A stretch of DNA of 64,000 bases from contig CABQHT010000003.1 of the NCBI GenBank assembly GCA_902464035.1, positions 236 through 64,235 of the forward strand, written 5' to 3'. Positions within the stretch are counted from its first letter, which is position 1; each line of letters opens with the position of its first letter. The position numbers were made by a program, and so were the translations under genes. Source of the stretch: an uncultured Collinsella sp. (GTDB taxonomy: Bacteria; Actinomycetota; Coriobacteriia; Coriobacteriales; Coriobacteriaceae). This document shows positions 29,402 to 40,956 of the stretch, in pieces. Below the pieces are notes generated by a model that saw only the letters and a list, made by a program, of their open reading frames with translations, was not told the DNA's origin and did not search any database.

Positions 29402-30445
29402 TTAGAGCTCGACGGTCACCGAAGCGGGATCCTCCCCTACCAGCTCGGCAAGCATGGGGAGTGCCGCGGTGAGCGTCTCGAGAATCGTTCCGTTGTTAGA
29501 GAAACCAGCGGCCGCGGGATGCCCGCCACCGCCAAAAGCAGCAGCGATCTCGGAAACATTGAGGTCGCCCTTGGAGCGCAGGTTGCCGCGCACCTTGGTA
29601 TCGCCCTCAATGCCCTTTAGGAACAGGCAGACCTCCACACCCATCACCGAACGCACCACATCGACCAGGCCGTCGCACTCGTCCGAAGTGACGCCGCAGG
29701 CCTCGAGGTCGCTCTGGTACGCATAACTATATGCCACACGACCGTGCGCCACTGTCTTGATGCGGCCCATAACGATGGACTTGAGATGCAAGAACTCTAC
29801 GCGCATGCTCTGGTAGACCTCGAGCGCAACGCGCGCCGGATCGGCACCGTGCGCGACCAGGCGCGAGGCGGCATGGAACGCGGCGGCATCGGCGTTTTGA
29901 TACTGAAAACGACCGGTATCGGTCACCAGGCCGCACAGCAGGCAGGTCGCGACACCATCGCGAGCCACAATGCCGCAATTGTCCAAAAAGCGGTCGATGA
30001 TCATGGCGCAGGCCGCGGCGTCGATGCACCTCAGGCTCAACTCGGCAAATTCCTCGCGTGCCGGATGGTGATCGAAGCACACCACATGCGACGAGCGGCG
30101 GAGCACCTCGGCGGAGTTGTTCAAACGCTCGACGACTGGCACGTCCACCGAGATAAACAGGTCCGGATTGCCAGTATACGCAGATGCCGGCACCAGACGG
30201 TCGGCACCCTCCATAAAGCGGTAGATGCGCGGAACCGGGTCATCGTCTGCCAGCAGCAGGGCAATGTCCTTGTTGGGGAAAAACTTCATAAGCGAGAGGC
30301 CCAGACCCAGCACGGAGCCCAGGGCGTCACCATCGGGAGACGTATGTCCCGAAATCGCAATGGAGGACGCACCCTCGATAAGCTCGAGGATGCGTCGCTG
30401 AATATCTGCAGACTCGCACGATGCGAGGTCGGCGGAATTACTCAT
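29402..30445 (-). CDS. DHH family phosphoesterase (NrnA-like)
   Basis: HTSPDGDALGS, DHH, TDTGRF, GGGHPAAAG. Confidence 0.93.
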   Translation of the reverse strand: MSNSADLASCESADIQRRILELIEGASSIAISGHTSPDGDALGSVLGLGLSLMKFFPNKDIALLLADDDPVPRIYRFMEGADRLVPASAYTGNPDLFISVDVPVVERLNNSAEVLRRSSHVVCFDHHPAREEFAELSLRCIDAAACAMIIDRFLDNCGIVARDGVATCLLCGLVTDTGRFQYQNADAAAFHAASRLVAHGADPARVALEVYQSMRVEFLHLKSIVMGRIKTVAHGRVAYSYAYQSDLEACGVTSDECDGLVDVVRSVMGVEVCLFLKGIEGDTKVRGNLRSKGDLNVSEIAAAFGGGGHPAAAGFSNNGTILETLTAALPMLAELVGEDPASVTVEL

Positions 30446-30848
30446 CTAAAGCTGCCTCCTGGGCGGCATCCGCTATGGGATAGCCGTCCTCGTCCTTTTC
30501 GATCGCAAGCGTGGCGGGAACGTTTTCCAGCGCACGCGTGATGCGCTCGGCCTCATCGGTCGAGCGATCGATGCGAAAATCGAGCTCGGGCGTGACACGC
30601 CAATCGAGCGAGCGGGCCAGCAGGCTACGGATGCGGCCCTTGGCGCTGGCGAGCGCCTCCATGACCTCGTCGTAGCGGCTCGCGTCGCACGACACATACA
30701 CACGCGCGAACGAACGGTCCACCGCGACCTCGACCGCGGTCAGGGTGACCAGGTCGAGACGCGGATCGGAAACCTCAAAGAGCAGGATATAACCGAGCTT
30801 CTCGCGAAGCTGCTCGCCCAAACGGCGGGTTGCCTGCGTTTGCTTCAT
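30438..30848 (-). CDS. rbfA: Ribosome-binding factor A
   Basis: DPRL, TPELDFRID; downstream of infB. Confidence 0.95.
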   Translation of the reverse strand: MKQTQATRRLGEQLREKLGYILLFEVSDPRLDLVTLTAVEVAVDRSFARVYVSCDASRYDEVMEALASAKGRIRSLLARSLDWRVTPELDFRIDRSTDEAERITRALENVPATLAIEKDEDGYPIADAAQEAALDE

Positions 30849-30859
30849 AGCGCTACCCC

Positions 30860-33574
30860 CTACTCGGTACGGGCAACCTGGTCGATGCGGTAGCCCTCAA
30901 TGGTGTCGCCAGGCTTGATGTCCTGGAAGTTCTCCAAGCCAATACCGCCCTCGGAGCCGCTCTTGAGGCTCTTGGCCTCGTCCTTGTAGTGGCGCATCGA
31001 GGCGATCTTGCCGTTGAAGACCACAATACCGTCGCGCACCAGACGCACGGAATCGGTCGCGGCGATCTCGCCCTCTTCGACGCGGACACCGGCGGCGATA
31101 CCGACCTTGGGCACCTTGAAGGTGTCCAGAACGGTCGCGGAACCCGTGGAGACCTCGACCTCGGTGGGCTTGAGCATGCCGATACGGGCTGCGTCGAGGT
31201 CCTCGAGGCACTTGTAGATGACGTCGTAGCAACGGATCTCGACACCCTCGCGCTCGGCAGCGGAGCGGGCCTTGCCGTCGGGACGGACGCCAAAGCCGAT
31301 GATGATGGCGTTGGAGGCGTCGGCCAGGACGACGTCGGTCTCGTTGATGGCGCCAACGGCGGAGTGGATCGTGTTGATGCGCACCTCGGACTGGTCCATC
31401 TTGTCGAGGGAGTCCTGAAGGGCCTCGATAGAACCCTGGACGTCGGCCTTGATGATCAGGTTGAGCTCCTTGACCTCGGCATCGGCGATGGTCTCGAAGA
31501 GGTTCTCGAGCGTCACGTGCTTCACGCGGCTCTGCTCCTCGATACGGGCCTTGAGCGAACGCTCATCGGCCAGGGCGCGAGCCTCGCGCTCGTCCTCGAA
31601 CACGCGGAACTCATCGCCGGCGTTGGGGACGGACTGCAGGCCCAAGATCTCGACGGCGTCGGAGGGACCGGCCTCAGTGACGGCGTTGCCCTTGGGGTCG
31701 AGCATGGCGCGGACGCGGCCGTAGGTAAGGCCGGCGACCAGCGTATCGCCCACGTGCAGGGTACCGCGAGTCACGAGCACGGTGGCAACCGAGCCGCGGC
31801 CCTTGTCGAGCTTAGCCTCAAGGACGTTGCCCGAAGCGAACGTATCGGGGTTGGCCTTGAGCTCGAGCACGTCGGCCTGGAGCAGGACGGTCTCGAGCAG
31901 GTCGTCGATACCGATCTTCTGCTTGGCCGAGATATTGACGAACATGTTCTGTCCGCCCCACTCCTCGGGGATGATGCCGTACTCGGTGAGCTCCTGGCGC
32001 ACGCGGTCGGGGTTGGCACCCGGCTTATCGATCTTGTTGACGGCGACGACGATGGGGACGCCGGCTGCCTTGGCATGGTTGATCGACTCGATGGTCTGGG
32101 GCATGACGCCGTCGTCGGCGGCCACGATCAAGATGACGATGTCGGTCACCTTGGCGCCGCGGGCACGCATCGCCGTAAAGGTGGCGTGACCGGGGGTATC
32201 GATGAAGGTGATCTTGCGGTCGTTGATCATGACCTGCGAAGCGCCGATGGCCTGGGTAATGCCGCCCGCCTCGCCGGCAGCGACGCCGGTATGACGGATG
32301 GCGTCGAGGAGGCTCGTCTTGCCGTGGTCGACGTGGCCCATGACGGTGACGACCGGGGCACGCGGCTTAAGGTCGGCGGGATCGTCGTAGAACGAGAAGG
32401 TGTTCTCCTCCTCGGGGGTGATGATCTTAATCTGACGGCCCAGGTCGTCGGCAACGAGCTCGACGAGGTCGTCGGACATGGACTGCGTCATGGTAAGCGG
32501 CGTGCCCAGCAGGAACAGGCGCTTGATGATGTCGTTGGCCGGAACGTCGAGCGCCTCGGCGAGCTCCTGGACGGTAACGCCCTGGGAGACCTTGATGGCG
32601 TCGAGGTCCTCGGGGTTCACGCCCTGGGCCAGCGCCTCCTCAATCTTGCGCTCTTCCTGAGCCTTTGCGGCCTCGCGCTCGCGCTTCTCCTTGCGCTTTT
32701 TGCGGCGACCAGTGGACTCGCGAGAGGCCTCCTCGACGGCGGCACGAGCCTCCTCGAGCACCTTCTCGCGGCTGTACTCCTCGGCCTCGCGAGCCATGCG
32801 GCTGTAGTGGTCCTCTTCGTTGTTGTGACCGCCCTTGCGCTTCTTGCCCTTGCCCTGCTTGTCGGGGTTGGGGAAGTCCATGCCGGCAGCGACGTTGTTG
32901 CTGGCATTGGTGCGATGACTGTGGGGACGGCTCTCGGAGGCGTTGCGCTCGGAGTTGTTGTCGGAGGCGTTGCGATCGTTACGACGGCCACCGCGACGGT
33001 CGTTGTTGCCGCCACGACGGTTGCCGCGCTCGGCAGCGCGCTCGGCCTTGGCCTTCTGCTCGGCGTCCTTCTTCTCCTTGAGCACGGTCTCCTGTGCGGC
33101 GATCTGGTCGAGCAGCGAGCGGAAACGCGAACCGGAATCGGAAGCGGGAACGGCGCGGCGCTGGGCCTCGCGGGCAGCCTCCTCCTTCTCGCGGGCAAGA
33201 CGCTCCTGCTCGGCCTTCTTCTTGGCCTCGGCCTCGGCGCGGGCGGCCTCCTCGGCAGCCTGGGCGGCTGCGAACTGACGGCGCTCCTCCTCGCGTGCCT
33301 TCTCGGCAGCGATGCGCTCGCGCTCCGCCTCGGCAGCGCGTGCTGCCTCCTCGGCGGCGGCTGCCTCCTCCTCGGCCTGCTTTGCGGCCTCGACTTCCTT
33401 GGCGCGGGCCTCGATCACCGAGGCGAGCTGCTTGCGGACCATGGCGACGTAGGCGTCCTCCAGGGCGGAGGAAGCGGACTTAGCGGGAATCTTCATTTCG
33501 GCGAGATGACCCATCAGTTCCTTGGAGGTCATGCCGAACTCTTTGGCCAGGGTGGACACACGGACTTTTGCCAT
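30860..33574 (-). CDS. infB: Translation initiation factor IF-2
   Basis: [24 protein letters not shown]. Confidence 0.98.
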   Translation of the reverse strand: MAKVRVSTLAKEFGMTSKELMGHLAEMKIPAKSASSALEDAYVAMVRKQLASVIEARAKEVEAAKQAEEEAAAAEEAARAAEAERERIAAEKAREEERRQFAAAQAAEEAARAEAEAKKKAEQERLAREKEEAAREAQRRAVPASDSGSRFRSLLDQIAAQETVLKEKKDAEQKAKAERAAERGNRRGGNNDRRGGRRNDRNASDNNSERNASESRPHSHRTNASNNVAAGMDFPNPDKQGKGKKRKGGHNNEEDHYSRMAREAEEYSREKVLEEARAAVEEASRESTGRRKKRKEKREREAAKAQEERKIEEALAQGVNPEDLDAIKVSQGVTVQELAEALDVPANDIIKRLFLLGTPLTMTQSMSDDLVELVADDLGRQIKIITPEEENTFSFYDDPADLKPRAPVVTVMGHVDHGKTSLLDAIRHTGVAAGEAGGITQAIGASQVMINDRKITFIDTPGHATFTAMRARGAKVTDIVILIVAADDGVMPQTIESINHAKAAGVPIVVAVNKIDKPGANPDRVRQELTEYGIIPEEWGGQNMFVNISAKQKIGIDDLLETVLLQADVLELKANPDTFASGNVLEAKLDKGRGSVATVLVTRGTLHVGDTLVAGLTYGRVRAMLDPKGNAVTEAGPSDAVEILGLQSVPNAGDEFRVFEDEREARALADERSLKARIEEQSRVKHVTLENLFETIADAEVKELNLIIKADVQGSIEALQDSLDKMDQSEVRINTIHSAVGAINETDVVLADASNAIIIGFGVRPDGKARSAAEREGVEIRCYDVIYKCLEDLDAARIGMLKPTEVEVSTGSATVLDTFKVPKVGIAAGVRVEEGEIAATDSVRLVRDGIVVFNGKIASMRHYKDEAKSLKSGSEGGIGLENFQDIKPGDTIEGYRIDQVARTE

Positions 33575-33665
33575 ATGACTTCACCTACCCTTTCTGGCAC
33601 CTTGGGTGCCTAGAGACTGAACGAGCGTGGGGTATGCGCTGGGACCTGCCCGGCGCGACCGCGCG

Positions 33666-34913
33666 CTAGATCAGGTCCTCCGCATCATCGAAGGCGTCGG
33701 TGTCGTGGACACCGCAGAAACGGGAGCCGGGACGGGCCTGGTTGCGGCACTGGATGCCGTCCTCGGACACGAACTCGCAGCGACGGACGTCCTCGTCCTC
33801 CTCGTCACCGATCAGGTCGGCGGCGGGCTCCTCATGAACGGGAACGTTCTTGAGGATGTCGGCGGCAAGGGTCTCGGACTTGATGTCGATGTGCCAGCCG
33901 GTCAGGCGCGCGGCGAGGCGGGCGTTCTGGCCCTCCTTGCCGATGGCGAGGGACAGCTGGTCGTCGGGCACGATAACGCCGGCGTAGGCCTTCTCCTCGT
34001 CGATAAGGACGCGGGTGACCTTAGCAGGCGACAGGGCGTTGGCGACGTAAACGGCCGGATCGGCATCCCACAGGATGACGTCGACGCGCTCGCCACGGAG
34101 CTCGCCCACGACGGCGCGAACACGGCTGCCCTTGGGGCCGACGCAGGCGCCAACGGGATCCAGGCGATCGTCGAGCGAGTGGACGGCGACCTTGGAGCGC
34201 TGGCCGGGCTCGCGGGCGATCGACTTGATCTGGACGGTGCCCTCATAGATCTCGGGCACCTCCTGCTCAAACAGACGACGCATGAGCTCGGGGTGGGTAC
34301 GGGAGATGACAATCGGCGGACGGCTGTGCTCGCCACGAACCGGCTGCAGGTTGGAGTTGGGGTCGCGAACGTCGATGATCACGGCCTTGATGTGCTGATT
34401 GTGCAGGTAGCGCTCGCCCATCGGACGCTCGTTGCGCTCGTTCTCGTAACGGCGCTGGTCGAAGTGCGGAAGCTCGGCCTCGACGCCCTCACGAATCTTG
34501 ACAATCGTGAAGTCGGGTGTGGACTGCAGCACGGTACCGCTGATGAGGTCACCGATACGGCCGGAGAACTCCTCGTAGATCTGCTCGCGGGCGGAGTTGC
34601 GCACGATGGCGTTGATCTCGGCCTTGGCGTGCTGGGCGGCGATGCGGCTCGTATTCTTGGGAGTGACGTCGATCTCCTCGAACTCGGTGAAGTTGCCCTC
34701 CTCGTCCATGGAATCGTCGATCGGCTCCAAACGGTAGACGTAGATCTTACCGGTGGTGCGGTCGATGGTCACCTTGGCGCCCCACTCAAGATGCAAGATC
34801 TCGGCATAGCTCTTGGCGAGCGACTGCTCCAGGCGGTCGATCAGGTAGAGCTGGTCGATGTGCCTTTCCTGGCAAAGCTCCATCAGGGCGGTCATCATGT
34901 CGGATGCTGCCAT
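33666..34913 (-). CDS. nusA: Transcription elongation factor NusA
   Basis: S1 and KH domains: [35 protein letters not shown]. Confidence 0.97.
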   Translation of the reverse strand: MAASDMMTALMELCQERHIDQLYLIDRLEQSLAKSYAEILHLEWGAKVTIDRTTGKIYVYRLEPIDDSMDEEGNFTEFEEIDVTPKNTSRIAAQHAKAEINAIVRNSAREQIYEEFSGRIGDLISGTVLQSTPDFTIVKIREGVEAELPHFDQRRYENERNERPMGERYLHNQHIKAVIIDVRDPNSNLQPVRGEHSRPPIVISRTHPELMRRLFEQEVPEIYEGTVQIKSIAREPGQRSKVAVHSLDDRLDPVGACVGPKGSRVRAVVGELRGERVDVILWDADPAVYVANALSPAKVTRVLIDEEKAYAGVIVPDDQLSLAIGKEGQNARLAARLTGWHIDIKSETLAADILKNVPVHEEPAADLIGDEEDEDVRRCEFVSEDGIQCRNQARPGSRFCGVHDTDAFDDAEDLI

Positions 34914-34914
34914 C

Positions 34915-35409
34915 TTACTTTCCTTCCTTCGCGGGCTTGAAGTCATAGGTGGGCTTCAACTTACACTTTTTAACATCAGAGAAATCGAGGGTAACGGACT
35001 CGCCGTCCTCGAGCTCGAGGGTCACGTCGGTCTCGGTCGCAGCGGCAATCTTGCCGGCGTACTTGCGACGGCCCTCGGTGGCGGTGGAGGTGAGCTCGCA
35101 GTTCTCGCCCACAAAGCGGGCAAAGTCACGCGGACGGCGCAGCGGGCGCGCCATACCCGGGCTCGACACCTCGAGCGTATAGCTCGAAGAGATGGGGTCG
35201 AGCTCCTCAATCACATCGCCGACCCATTTGGTGTTGGCCGTGACGTCATTGAGCGACAGGCTCTGGCCCTCGGCACCCTCGATACGCACACGCACGCAGG
35301 GGGCCTTGGTGGCACCCACGAGCTCAACGTCGACAATGTCGACATCGTGCTGGGGAGCAACGGCCTCGAGCGCGTCGATGATCGCCTGCTCGGTCTTGGT
35401 CTTGACCAT
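34915..35409 (-). CDS. rimP: Ribosome maturation factor RimP
   Basis: YTLEVSSPGMARPL; first gene of the nusA-infB operon. Confidence 0.94.
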   Translation of the reverse strand: MVKTKTEQAIIDALEAVAPQHDVDIVDVELVGATKAPCVRVRIEGAEGQSLSLNDVTANTKWVGDVIEELDPISSSYTLEVSSPGMARPLRRPRDFARFVGENCELTSTATEGRRKYAGKIAAATETDVTLELEDGESVTLDFSDVKKCKLKPTYDFKPAKEGK

Positions 35410-35429
35410 TGCGGCACCTCCATCCATAC

Positions 35430-35463
35430 AAAAAAGAAGCGGGGCCGAAACCCCACTTCTTTC
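35430..35463 (-). promoter_or_regulatory. rimP-leader attenuator hairpin
   Basis: Minus strand AAAGAAGTGGGG-TTTCGG-CCCCGCTTCTTTTTT about 20 nt upstream of the rimP start, the position of the known rimP-leader terminator. Confidence 0.7.
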
Positions 35464-35602
35464 AATTACAACTTCATTTGCAAGCAAACTATACCAATAC
35501 CTGCACAAACGTGCAACCACAACACAAACCCGCAGGTCAGCGTGAGCACAGGTTCTCCACAAGAAATGGATAATTGGTTGTTGACGCAAGTATCCATAAC
35601 CA

Positions 35603-35640
35603 AAGCGAGGGGCGACTCCCTGCGGAATCGTCCCTCGCTA
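35603..35640 (-). terminator. Terminator downstream of leuS
   Basis: AGCGAGGGGCGA / TCGTCCCTCGCT stem. Confidence 0.65.
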
Positions 35641-35666
35641 TTTGATGTCAGCTATGCACGCAGCGC

Positions 35667-38243
35667 TTACTTGACGACCAGGTTAACCAGCTTGCCGGGC
35701 ACGCAGATGGCCTTGACGACCGTCTTGCCCTCGAGCCACTTGGCAACGGCTTCCTCAGCGGCAGCCCGCATCTCCTCGTTGGAGGCGTCGCGGGCGACGT
35801 CGATGCGGCCACGGACCTTGCCGAGCACCTGTACGACGATCTGCACCGTGTCCTCGATGGACTCGGCCAGGTCGAACTCGGGCCAGGCGGCGGTGTAGGC
35901 GTTGCCCTCGCAGCCGAGTGCCTCGTGCCACAGCTCGTCTGCCCAGAACGGGCAGATGGGGGCAAGGACGCTCACGATATCCTTTGCCACGCCGTGGCAG
36001 AGTGCCTTGTCACGGGAAGCGCCCTCAGTAGCGTTGAGGTAGGCGCTCGCCGCGTTGACGAGTTCCATGACGGCCGAAATCGCAGTGTTGAACTGGCCGC
36101 GGTCGAAGTCCTCGGTGCACTTGGCAATGGTGCGGTGACGCTCGCGATAAAGCTTCATCGCGAGCTCGTCGAGCGCGGACTTGTCAAAGGCAACGTTGGC
36201 GTCGCCAGACTGGACGAGCTGCCACACGATACGCCAGGCGCGCTTGATGAAGCGGTTGGCACCCTCGACGGCCTTGGGATCCCAGTCGAAGTCCTTCTCG
36301 GGCGGGGCGATAAACAGGATCGCCAGACGCATGGTGTCGGCGCCGTAGGGCTCGATGACCGAGCTCGGGGGCACGACGTTGCCCTTGGACTTGGACATGG
36401 TGTCGCCGTTCTCGTCCTTGACCATGCCCTGGCACAGCAGGTTGGTAAAGGGCTCGTCCACGCTCAGCAGGCCCAGGTCGCGCAGCGCCTTGGTAAAGAA
36501 GCGGCTGTAGAGCAGGTGCAGAATGGCGTGCTCAATGCCGCCGATGTAGTTATCGACGGGCATCCAACGGTCGGCGGCCTCCTTAGAGAAGGGCAGCTCG
36601 GTGTTGTGCGGATCGGTATAGCGCAGGTAATACCAGCTGGAGCAGGTGAAGGTGTCCATGGTATCGGTCTCGCGCTTGGCCGGACGACCGCAGACCGGGC
36701 AGGTGGTCTCGTAGAACTCCTTGCACTCGGCGAGGGTCTCGCCGGCGCCCAGGTCCAGGTTCTCGGGAAGCGTCACCGGCAGCTGGTCCTCGGGCACGGG
36801 CACGATGCCGCAGTGCTCGCAGTGGATAGCCGGGATGGGGTTGCCCCAATAACGCTGGCGGCTGATGAGCCAGTCGCGCAGACGGAACTCGACCTTGCGA
36901 CGGCCGCAGCCCATGGCCTCGAGGTCGGCCACGATCGCGGCCTCGCCCTCGGAGTGCTTGCCACCGCGCATGCCGGTGTACTTGCCGGACTGGACGAGCG
37001 TGCCCTCGGCAGCGTGGGCGCAATCCCAGTCGACGGTCTCGGCATGGAAGGTATCGATGGTATCGCCGCTGGCCTCGACGGCAGCGCGGTCGTCATCGTC
37101 CAGGATGATCGGCACGATGGGCAGGTCGTACTTGCGGGCGAACTCAAAGTCGCGCTGGTCGCCGCAGGGAACGGCCATGACAGCGCCGGTGCCATAGTCG
37201 GCCACGACGTAGTCGGCAACCCACACGGGGACCTTCTCGCCGTTGACGGGGTTCACAACATAGCGGCCCGTAAAGGCGCCGTGCTTCTCGAGGGTGCCCT
37301 GGGCACGCTCGACGGCAGAGATGTGCTTGGAGTCCTCGACGATCTTGGTGACTGCCTCCTCGTACTCCGTGCCCTCGACAAGCTCGTGCAGACGAGCGTA
37401 CTCGGGAGCCAGGACAAAGAAGGAAACACCAAAGAGCGTGTCGGCGCGGGTGGTGAAGACGGTGATCTTGCCCTCGTCGCCCTCGATGGGCTCGCCATCC
37501 TTGTCGCACAGGGTAAAGTCGACCTCGGCGCCCTCGGAGCGGCCGATCCAGTTGGCCTGCATCTGCTTAACGCGCTCGGGCCAGCCGGGGAGCTTCTCCA
37601 GATCGTCGAGCAGCTCCTGAGAGTACTCGGTAATCTTGAAGTACCACTGCTCAAGGTCGCGCTTCTCGGGCTCGGTGCCGCAGCGCCAGCACTTGCCCTC
37701 GGTGACCTGTTCGTTGGCCAGAACGGTCTTGCAGTTAGGACACCAGTTGACCGGGTTCTTCTTACGATAGACCAGGCCCTTTTCCCACAGCTTCTCAAAG
37801 ATCCACTGACCCCAGCGGTAGTAGTCGGGGCTGCAGGTCTTGACCATGCGATCCAGATCGTAGGAGAAGCCCATGCGCTTCATCGTGGCGAGCGCCTGGT
37901 CCATGTTCTTGTACGTCCAAGCGGCAGCCTGCGTGTTGTGCTTGATGGCGGCGTTCTCGGCAGGCAGGCCAAAGGCATCGAAGCCGATGGGATGCAGCAC
38001 GTCGTAGCCGCGCATGCGGGCCTGACGGGCCATGGCATCGCCGATGGTATAGTTGCGCGCGTGGCCCATGTGCAGGTCGCCCGACGGATACGGGAACATC
38101 TCGAGCACGTACTTCTTGGGCTTGCTGTCGTCGGTGTCGACGGCAAAGAGGTTGGAGTCCTCCCAGGCCTTCATCCACTTGGACTCAATGGTCTGCGCGT
38201 CGTAAGCAGGGATCTCGTCCTTATGATCTGTGCAATCGCACAT
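35667..38243 (-). CDS. leuS: Leucine--tRNA ligase
   Basis: [13 protein letters not shown] (HIGH), [17 protein letters not shown] (KMSKS). Confidence 0.98.
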   Translation of the reverse strand: MCDCTDHKDEIPAYDAQTIESKWMKAWEDSNLFAVDTDDSKPKKYVLEMFPYPSGDLHMGHARNYTIGDAMARQARMRGYDVLHPIGFDAFGLPAENAAIKHNTQAAAWTYKNMDQALATMKRMGFSYDLDRMVKTCSPDYYRWGQWIFEKLWEKGLVYRKKNPVNWCPNCKTVLANEQVTEGKCWRCGTEPEKRDLEQWYFKITEYSQELLDDLEKLPGWPERVKQMQANWIGRSEGAEVDFTLCDKDGEPIEGDEGKITVFTTRADTLFGVSFFVLAPEYARLHELVEGTEYEEAVTKIVEDSKHISAVERAQGTLEKHGAFTGRYVVNPVNGEKVPVWVADYVVADYGTGAVMAVPCGDQRDFEFARKYDLPIVPIILDDDDRAAVEASGDTIDTFHAETVDWDCAHAAEGTLVQSGKYTGMRGGKHSEGEAAIVADLEAMGCGRRKVEFRLRDWLISRQRYWGNPIPAIHCEHCGIVPVPEDQLPVTLPENLDLGAGETLAECKEFYETTCPVCGRPAKRETDTMDTFTCSSWYYLRYTDPHNTELPFSKEAADRWMPVDNYIGGIEHAILHLLYSRFFTKALRDLGLLSVDEPFTNLLCQGMVKDENGDTMSKSKGNVVPPSSVIEPYGADTMRLAILFIAPPEKDFDWDPKAVEGANRFIKRAWRIVWQLVQSGDANVAFDKSALDELAMKLYRERHRTIAKCTEDFDRGQFNTAISAVMELVNAASAYLNATEGASRDKALCHGVAKDIVSVLAPICPFWADELWHEALGCEGNAYTAAWPEFDLAESIEDTVQIVVQVLGKVRGRIDVARDASNEEMRAAAEEAVAKWLEGKTVVKAICVPGKLVNLVVK

Positions 38244-38266
38244 ATCAGCTCCTTTAATCTTTAATG

Positions 38267-38385
38267 GGGTCGGTCGGCTTAGCTTTATTCGCTACTGCGG
38301 ACAGTCCTGCGCAAGACGAAGAGCACATTAAGTGCTCTTCTTTGCGTGCGGAACTTGTAGCGAACAAAGCTAAGCCGCCCGACCC
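38267..38385. repeat. ~120-bp long imperfect hairpin (REP/MITE-like) immediately upstream of leuS
   Basis: GGGTCGGTCGGCTTAGCTTTATTCGCTAC pairs with GTAGCGAACAAAGCTAAGCCGCCCGACCC (27/29); inner stem GAAGAGCAC/GTGCTCTTC. Confidence 0.7.
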
Positions 38386-38421
38386 TAAGGTTGACTCGCA
38401 TGATGATAGCAAATACAACAA

Positions 38422-38453
38422 GCGAGATGCCTGCGACTTACAGGCATCTCGCT
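38422..38453. terminator. Hairpin downstream of guaB
   Basis: AGCGAGATGCCTG / CAGGCATCTCGCT stem. Confidence 0.6.
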
Positions 38454-38510
38454 TTATCTAAATAACGTGGCTGAAATTCAACCTTTTATTTGTTGCCCGC
38501 CACTGGTTTG

Positions 38511-38614
38511 GCGGGTTTTCCAAGTGCCGCAGATTGCCGTGAAAGAGGAGCGACGCGTACTTTGGTACGCGAGCGACGGTTTGAGGTCCAAGGTGCGGTG
38601 CTTGGGAAAGCCGC
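38511..38614. repeat. ~100-bp element with imperfect terminal inverted repeats and central CGCGTAC-N4-GTACGCG palindrome, abutting the guaB stop
   Basis: GCGGGTTTTCCAAGTGCCGCA ... TGCGGTGCTTGGGAAAGCCGC ends. Confidence 0.55.
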
Positions 38615-40126
38615 TTATCGATAAGACACAGACTGCTGAGAATCCTTTACGACAACGTCGTGGGCGCCGCCTTCGACGATCGAGGTCGAGCTTACCAGTG
38701 TCAGGCGTGCCTTTTCCTGGAGCTCGGGGATCGAGAGGGCACCGCAGTTGCACATCGTGGACTTGACCTTGTAGAGCGTGCCGCCCACGCCGTCCTTGAG
38801 GGAACCGGCGTAGGGAACGTAGGAGTCAACGCCCTCGACGAAGCTGAGCTTCGCGGCGCCGCCCAGGTCGTAGCGCTGCCAGTTGCGGGCACGTGCAGAA
38901 CCCTCGCCCCAGTACTCCTTCATGTACTGACCGTTGACGTTGACGCGCTCGGTCGGGCTCTCGTCGAAGCGGGCGAAGTAGCGGCCCAGCATCATAAAGT
39001 CGGCACCCATAGCAAGGGCGAGCGTCATGTGGTAGTCGTAGACGATGCCACCGTCGGAGCACACGGGCACGTAGATGCCGGTCTCCTCGTAGTACTCATC
39101 ACGAGCACGGCAGACGTCGATCAGCGCGGTGGCCTGGCCGCGGCCGATGCCCTTGGTCTCGCGGGTGATGCAGATGGAACCGCCGCCGATACCGACCTTG
39201 ATGAAGTCGGCACCGCAGTCGGCCAGGAAGCGGAAGCCCTCGGCGTCGACGACGTTACCGGCGCCGACCTTGACGTCCTCGCCGTAGTTGGCGCGAATCC
39301 ACTCGATGGTGCGCTTCTGCCACTCGCTAAAGCCCTCGGAAGAGTCGATGCACAGGACGTCGGCACCGGCCTCGATGAGCAGCGGCACGCGCTCGGCATA
39401 GTCGCGAGTGTTGATACCGGCGCCGACCATGTAGCGCTTGTCGTTATCGAGCAGCTCGTTGGGGTTGGTCTTGTGGCTGTCGTAGTCCTTGCGGAAGACG
39501 ATGCCCATAAGGTGATCGTTGTCGTCGACGATAGGCAGAGCGTTGAGCTTGTTGTCCCAGATGACGTCGTTGGCAACCTTAAGGCTGATGTTCTTGTCGC
39601 CCACGATAAGCTGCTCACGCGGGGTCATGAACTCGGAGACCTTCTTCTGGTGATCATCGCGGCTGGGGCGATAGTCACGGCTGGTGACGATGCCCAGGAG
39701 CTTGCCCTTGGGGGTGCCATCGTCGGTGACCGGCATGGTGGAGTGACCGGTCTTCTCCTTGAGCTCGATGACCTGTTCCATGGTCATGTCGGGGGTCAGC
39801 GTGGAATCGGACTGAACAAAGCCGGCCTTGTGATCCTTGACGGCCTTGACCATAGCGGCCTCGGACTCGGGGGTCTGGGAACCGTAAATGAAGGACAGGC
39901 CACCCTCGGTAGCGAGCGCGACACCCATGTCGACGCCCGAGACGGACTGCATGATGGCGGAAACCATGGGGATGTTCAGGGTGATTGCCGGCTTCTCACC
40001 GCGCTTGAAGCGGGTTAGCGGCGTCTTAAGAGAGACGTTGTTGGGGATGCACTGCGAGGACGAGTAGCCAGGGACCAGCAGATACTCCGAAAACGTGTGG
40101 GACTCACCGGGAAAGAACGTAGCCAT
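38615..40126 (-). CDS. guaB: IMP dehydrogenase with CBS domains
   Basis: [23 protein letters not shown] catalytic Cys, SDGGI. Confidence 0.96.
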   Translation of the reverse strand: MATFFPGESHTFSEYLLVPGYSSSQCIPNNVSLKTPLTRFKRGEKPAITLNIPMVSAIMQSVSGVDMGVALATEGGLSFIYGSQTPESEAAMVKAVKDHKAGFVQSDSTLTPDMTMEQVIELKEKTGHSTMPVTDDGTPKGKLLGIVTSRDYRPSRDDHQKKVSEFMTPREQLIVGDKNISLKVANDVIWDNKLNALPIVDDNDHLMGIVFRKDYDSHKTNPNELLDNDKRYMVGAGINTRDYAERVPLLIEAGADVLCIDSSEGFSEWQKRTIEWIRANYGEDVKVGAGNVVDAEGFRFLADCGADFIKVGIGGGSICITRETKGIGRGQATALIDVCRARDEYYEETGIYVPVCSDGGIVYDYHMTLALAMGADFMMLGRYFARFDESPTERVNVNGQYMKEYWGEGSARARNWQRYDLGGAAKLSFVEGVDSYVPYAGSLKDGVGGTLYKVKSTMCNCGALSIPELQEKARLTLVSSTSIVEGGAHDVVVKDSQQSVSYR

Positions 40127-40319
40127 GTTTCTCCTTTTTCCATGCGACCGGTCGGCTGCAGGCCTCGTAGGACCCAGCCCAACCTTGGGCGCCCAATACT
40201 GGGGAAGTATCTTAACGCACTTTGACTGCTACAATGCATGATTTAAGAAGAGCACACGAGGGTTTGACGCAGGCTTTGCGTTTGCCCAGCAAACACTTTA
40301 GCAGGGAGACGTGGAGCAC

Positions 40320-40667
40320 ATGGAGTACAAGACGACGGCAAAGCTGGTCATTCAAGCGTGCGACAAAGACCTGCCGGGCGTGTTCGGCCACGGCTGCGTC
40401 TTGCTGCTGCAGGGTATTGCCCGCGAGCACTCGCTCAACCGTGCCGCCAAGAGCATGGGTATGGCGTATTCCAAGGCCTGGCGCATTGTGAACGAGGCCG
40501 AAGGACAGCTGGGCTGCAAGCTCATCGAGCGCGACGGCGCCCGCGGATCCACCCTCACCCCCGCCGGCGAGCGAGCCATAGCGGTCTACGAGGAGCTGCA
40601 GACAGAAATCAACAACGTCATCGCCTCAAAAGCCGACGACCTCATCGCCAGCATCAACGCAAAGTAG
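40320..40667 (+). CDS. ModE-like winged-helix (LysR-HTH) regulator, DNA-binding domain only
   Basis: SLNRAAKSMGMAYSKAWRIV...GSTLTPAG. Confidence 0.85.
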   Translation: MEYKTTAKLVIQACDKDLPGVFGHGCVLLLQGIAREHSLNRAAKSMGMAYSKAWRIVNEAEGQLGCKLIERDGARGSTLTPAGERAIAVYEELQTEINNVIASKADDLIASINAK

Positions 40668-40714
40668 TCTATTTGGTCTGATTATTGATCCGCCGCACGA
40701 ACGAATTAAGACGC

Positions 40715-40878
40715 GCGCCATAGAATGGGCCTATCTACTACGTTTAGTTGAACACCCTCTACCACACCAGATTTCGTGAAAACAAAACCGCTGGTAGACA
40801 GCTTGCCAGTTTTCAAAAAAGGCAGGTATGGTCGACCCCTAAGGGTTAAACGTAGTAGATAGGCCGTTTTCGTGGCGC
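40715..40878 (-). repeat. Inverted-repeat element with perfect 19-bp arms and the same internal core as the 53-58 kb repeats
   Basis: GGCCTATCTACTACGTTTA (40728-40746) / TAAACGTAGTAGATAGGCC (40847-40865); minus-strand core GTCGACCAT...TCTACCAGCGGTTTT...GGTGTGGTAG. Confidence 0.75.
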
Positions 40879-40956
40879 AGTCCCCCACGGCCCAGTCACA
40901 AAGTAGCTAAAAAAGCCCGTCCCAAAAAGACTACCCCGAGACAAGCCCCAAAATAG

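Noticed and set aside
38244..38614. T-box riboswitch for leuS or purine riboswitch for guaB
   Set aside because: No GGTGGNACCGCG T-box consensus is visible, and this region is downstream rather than upstream of guaB
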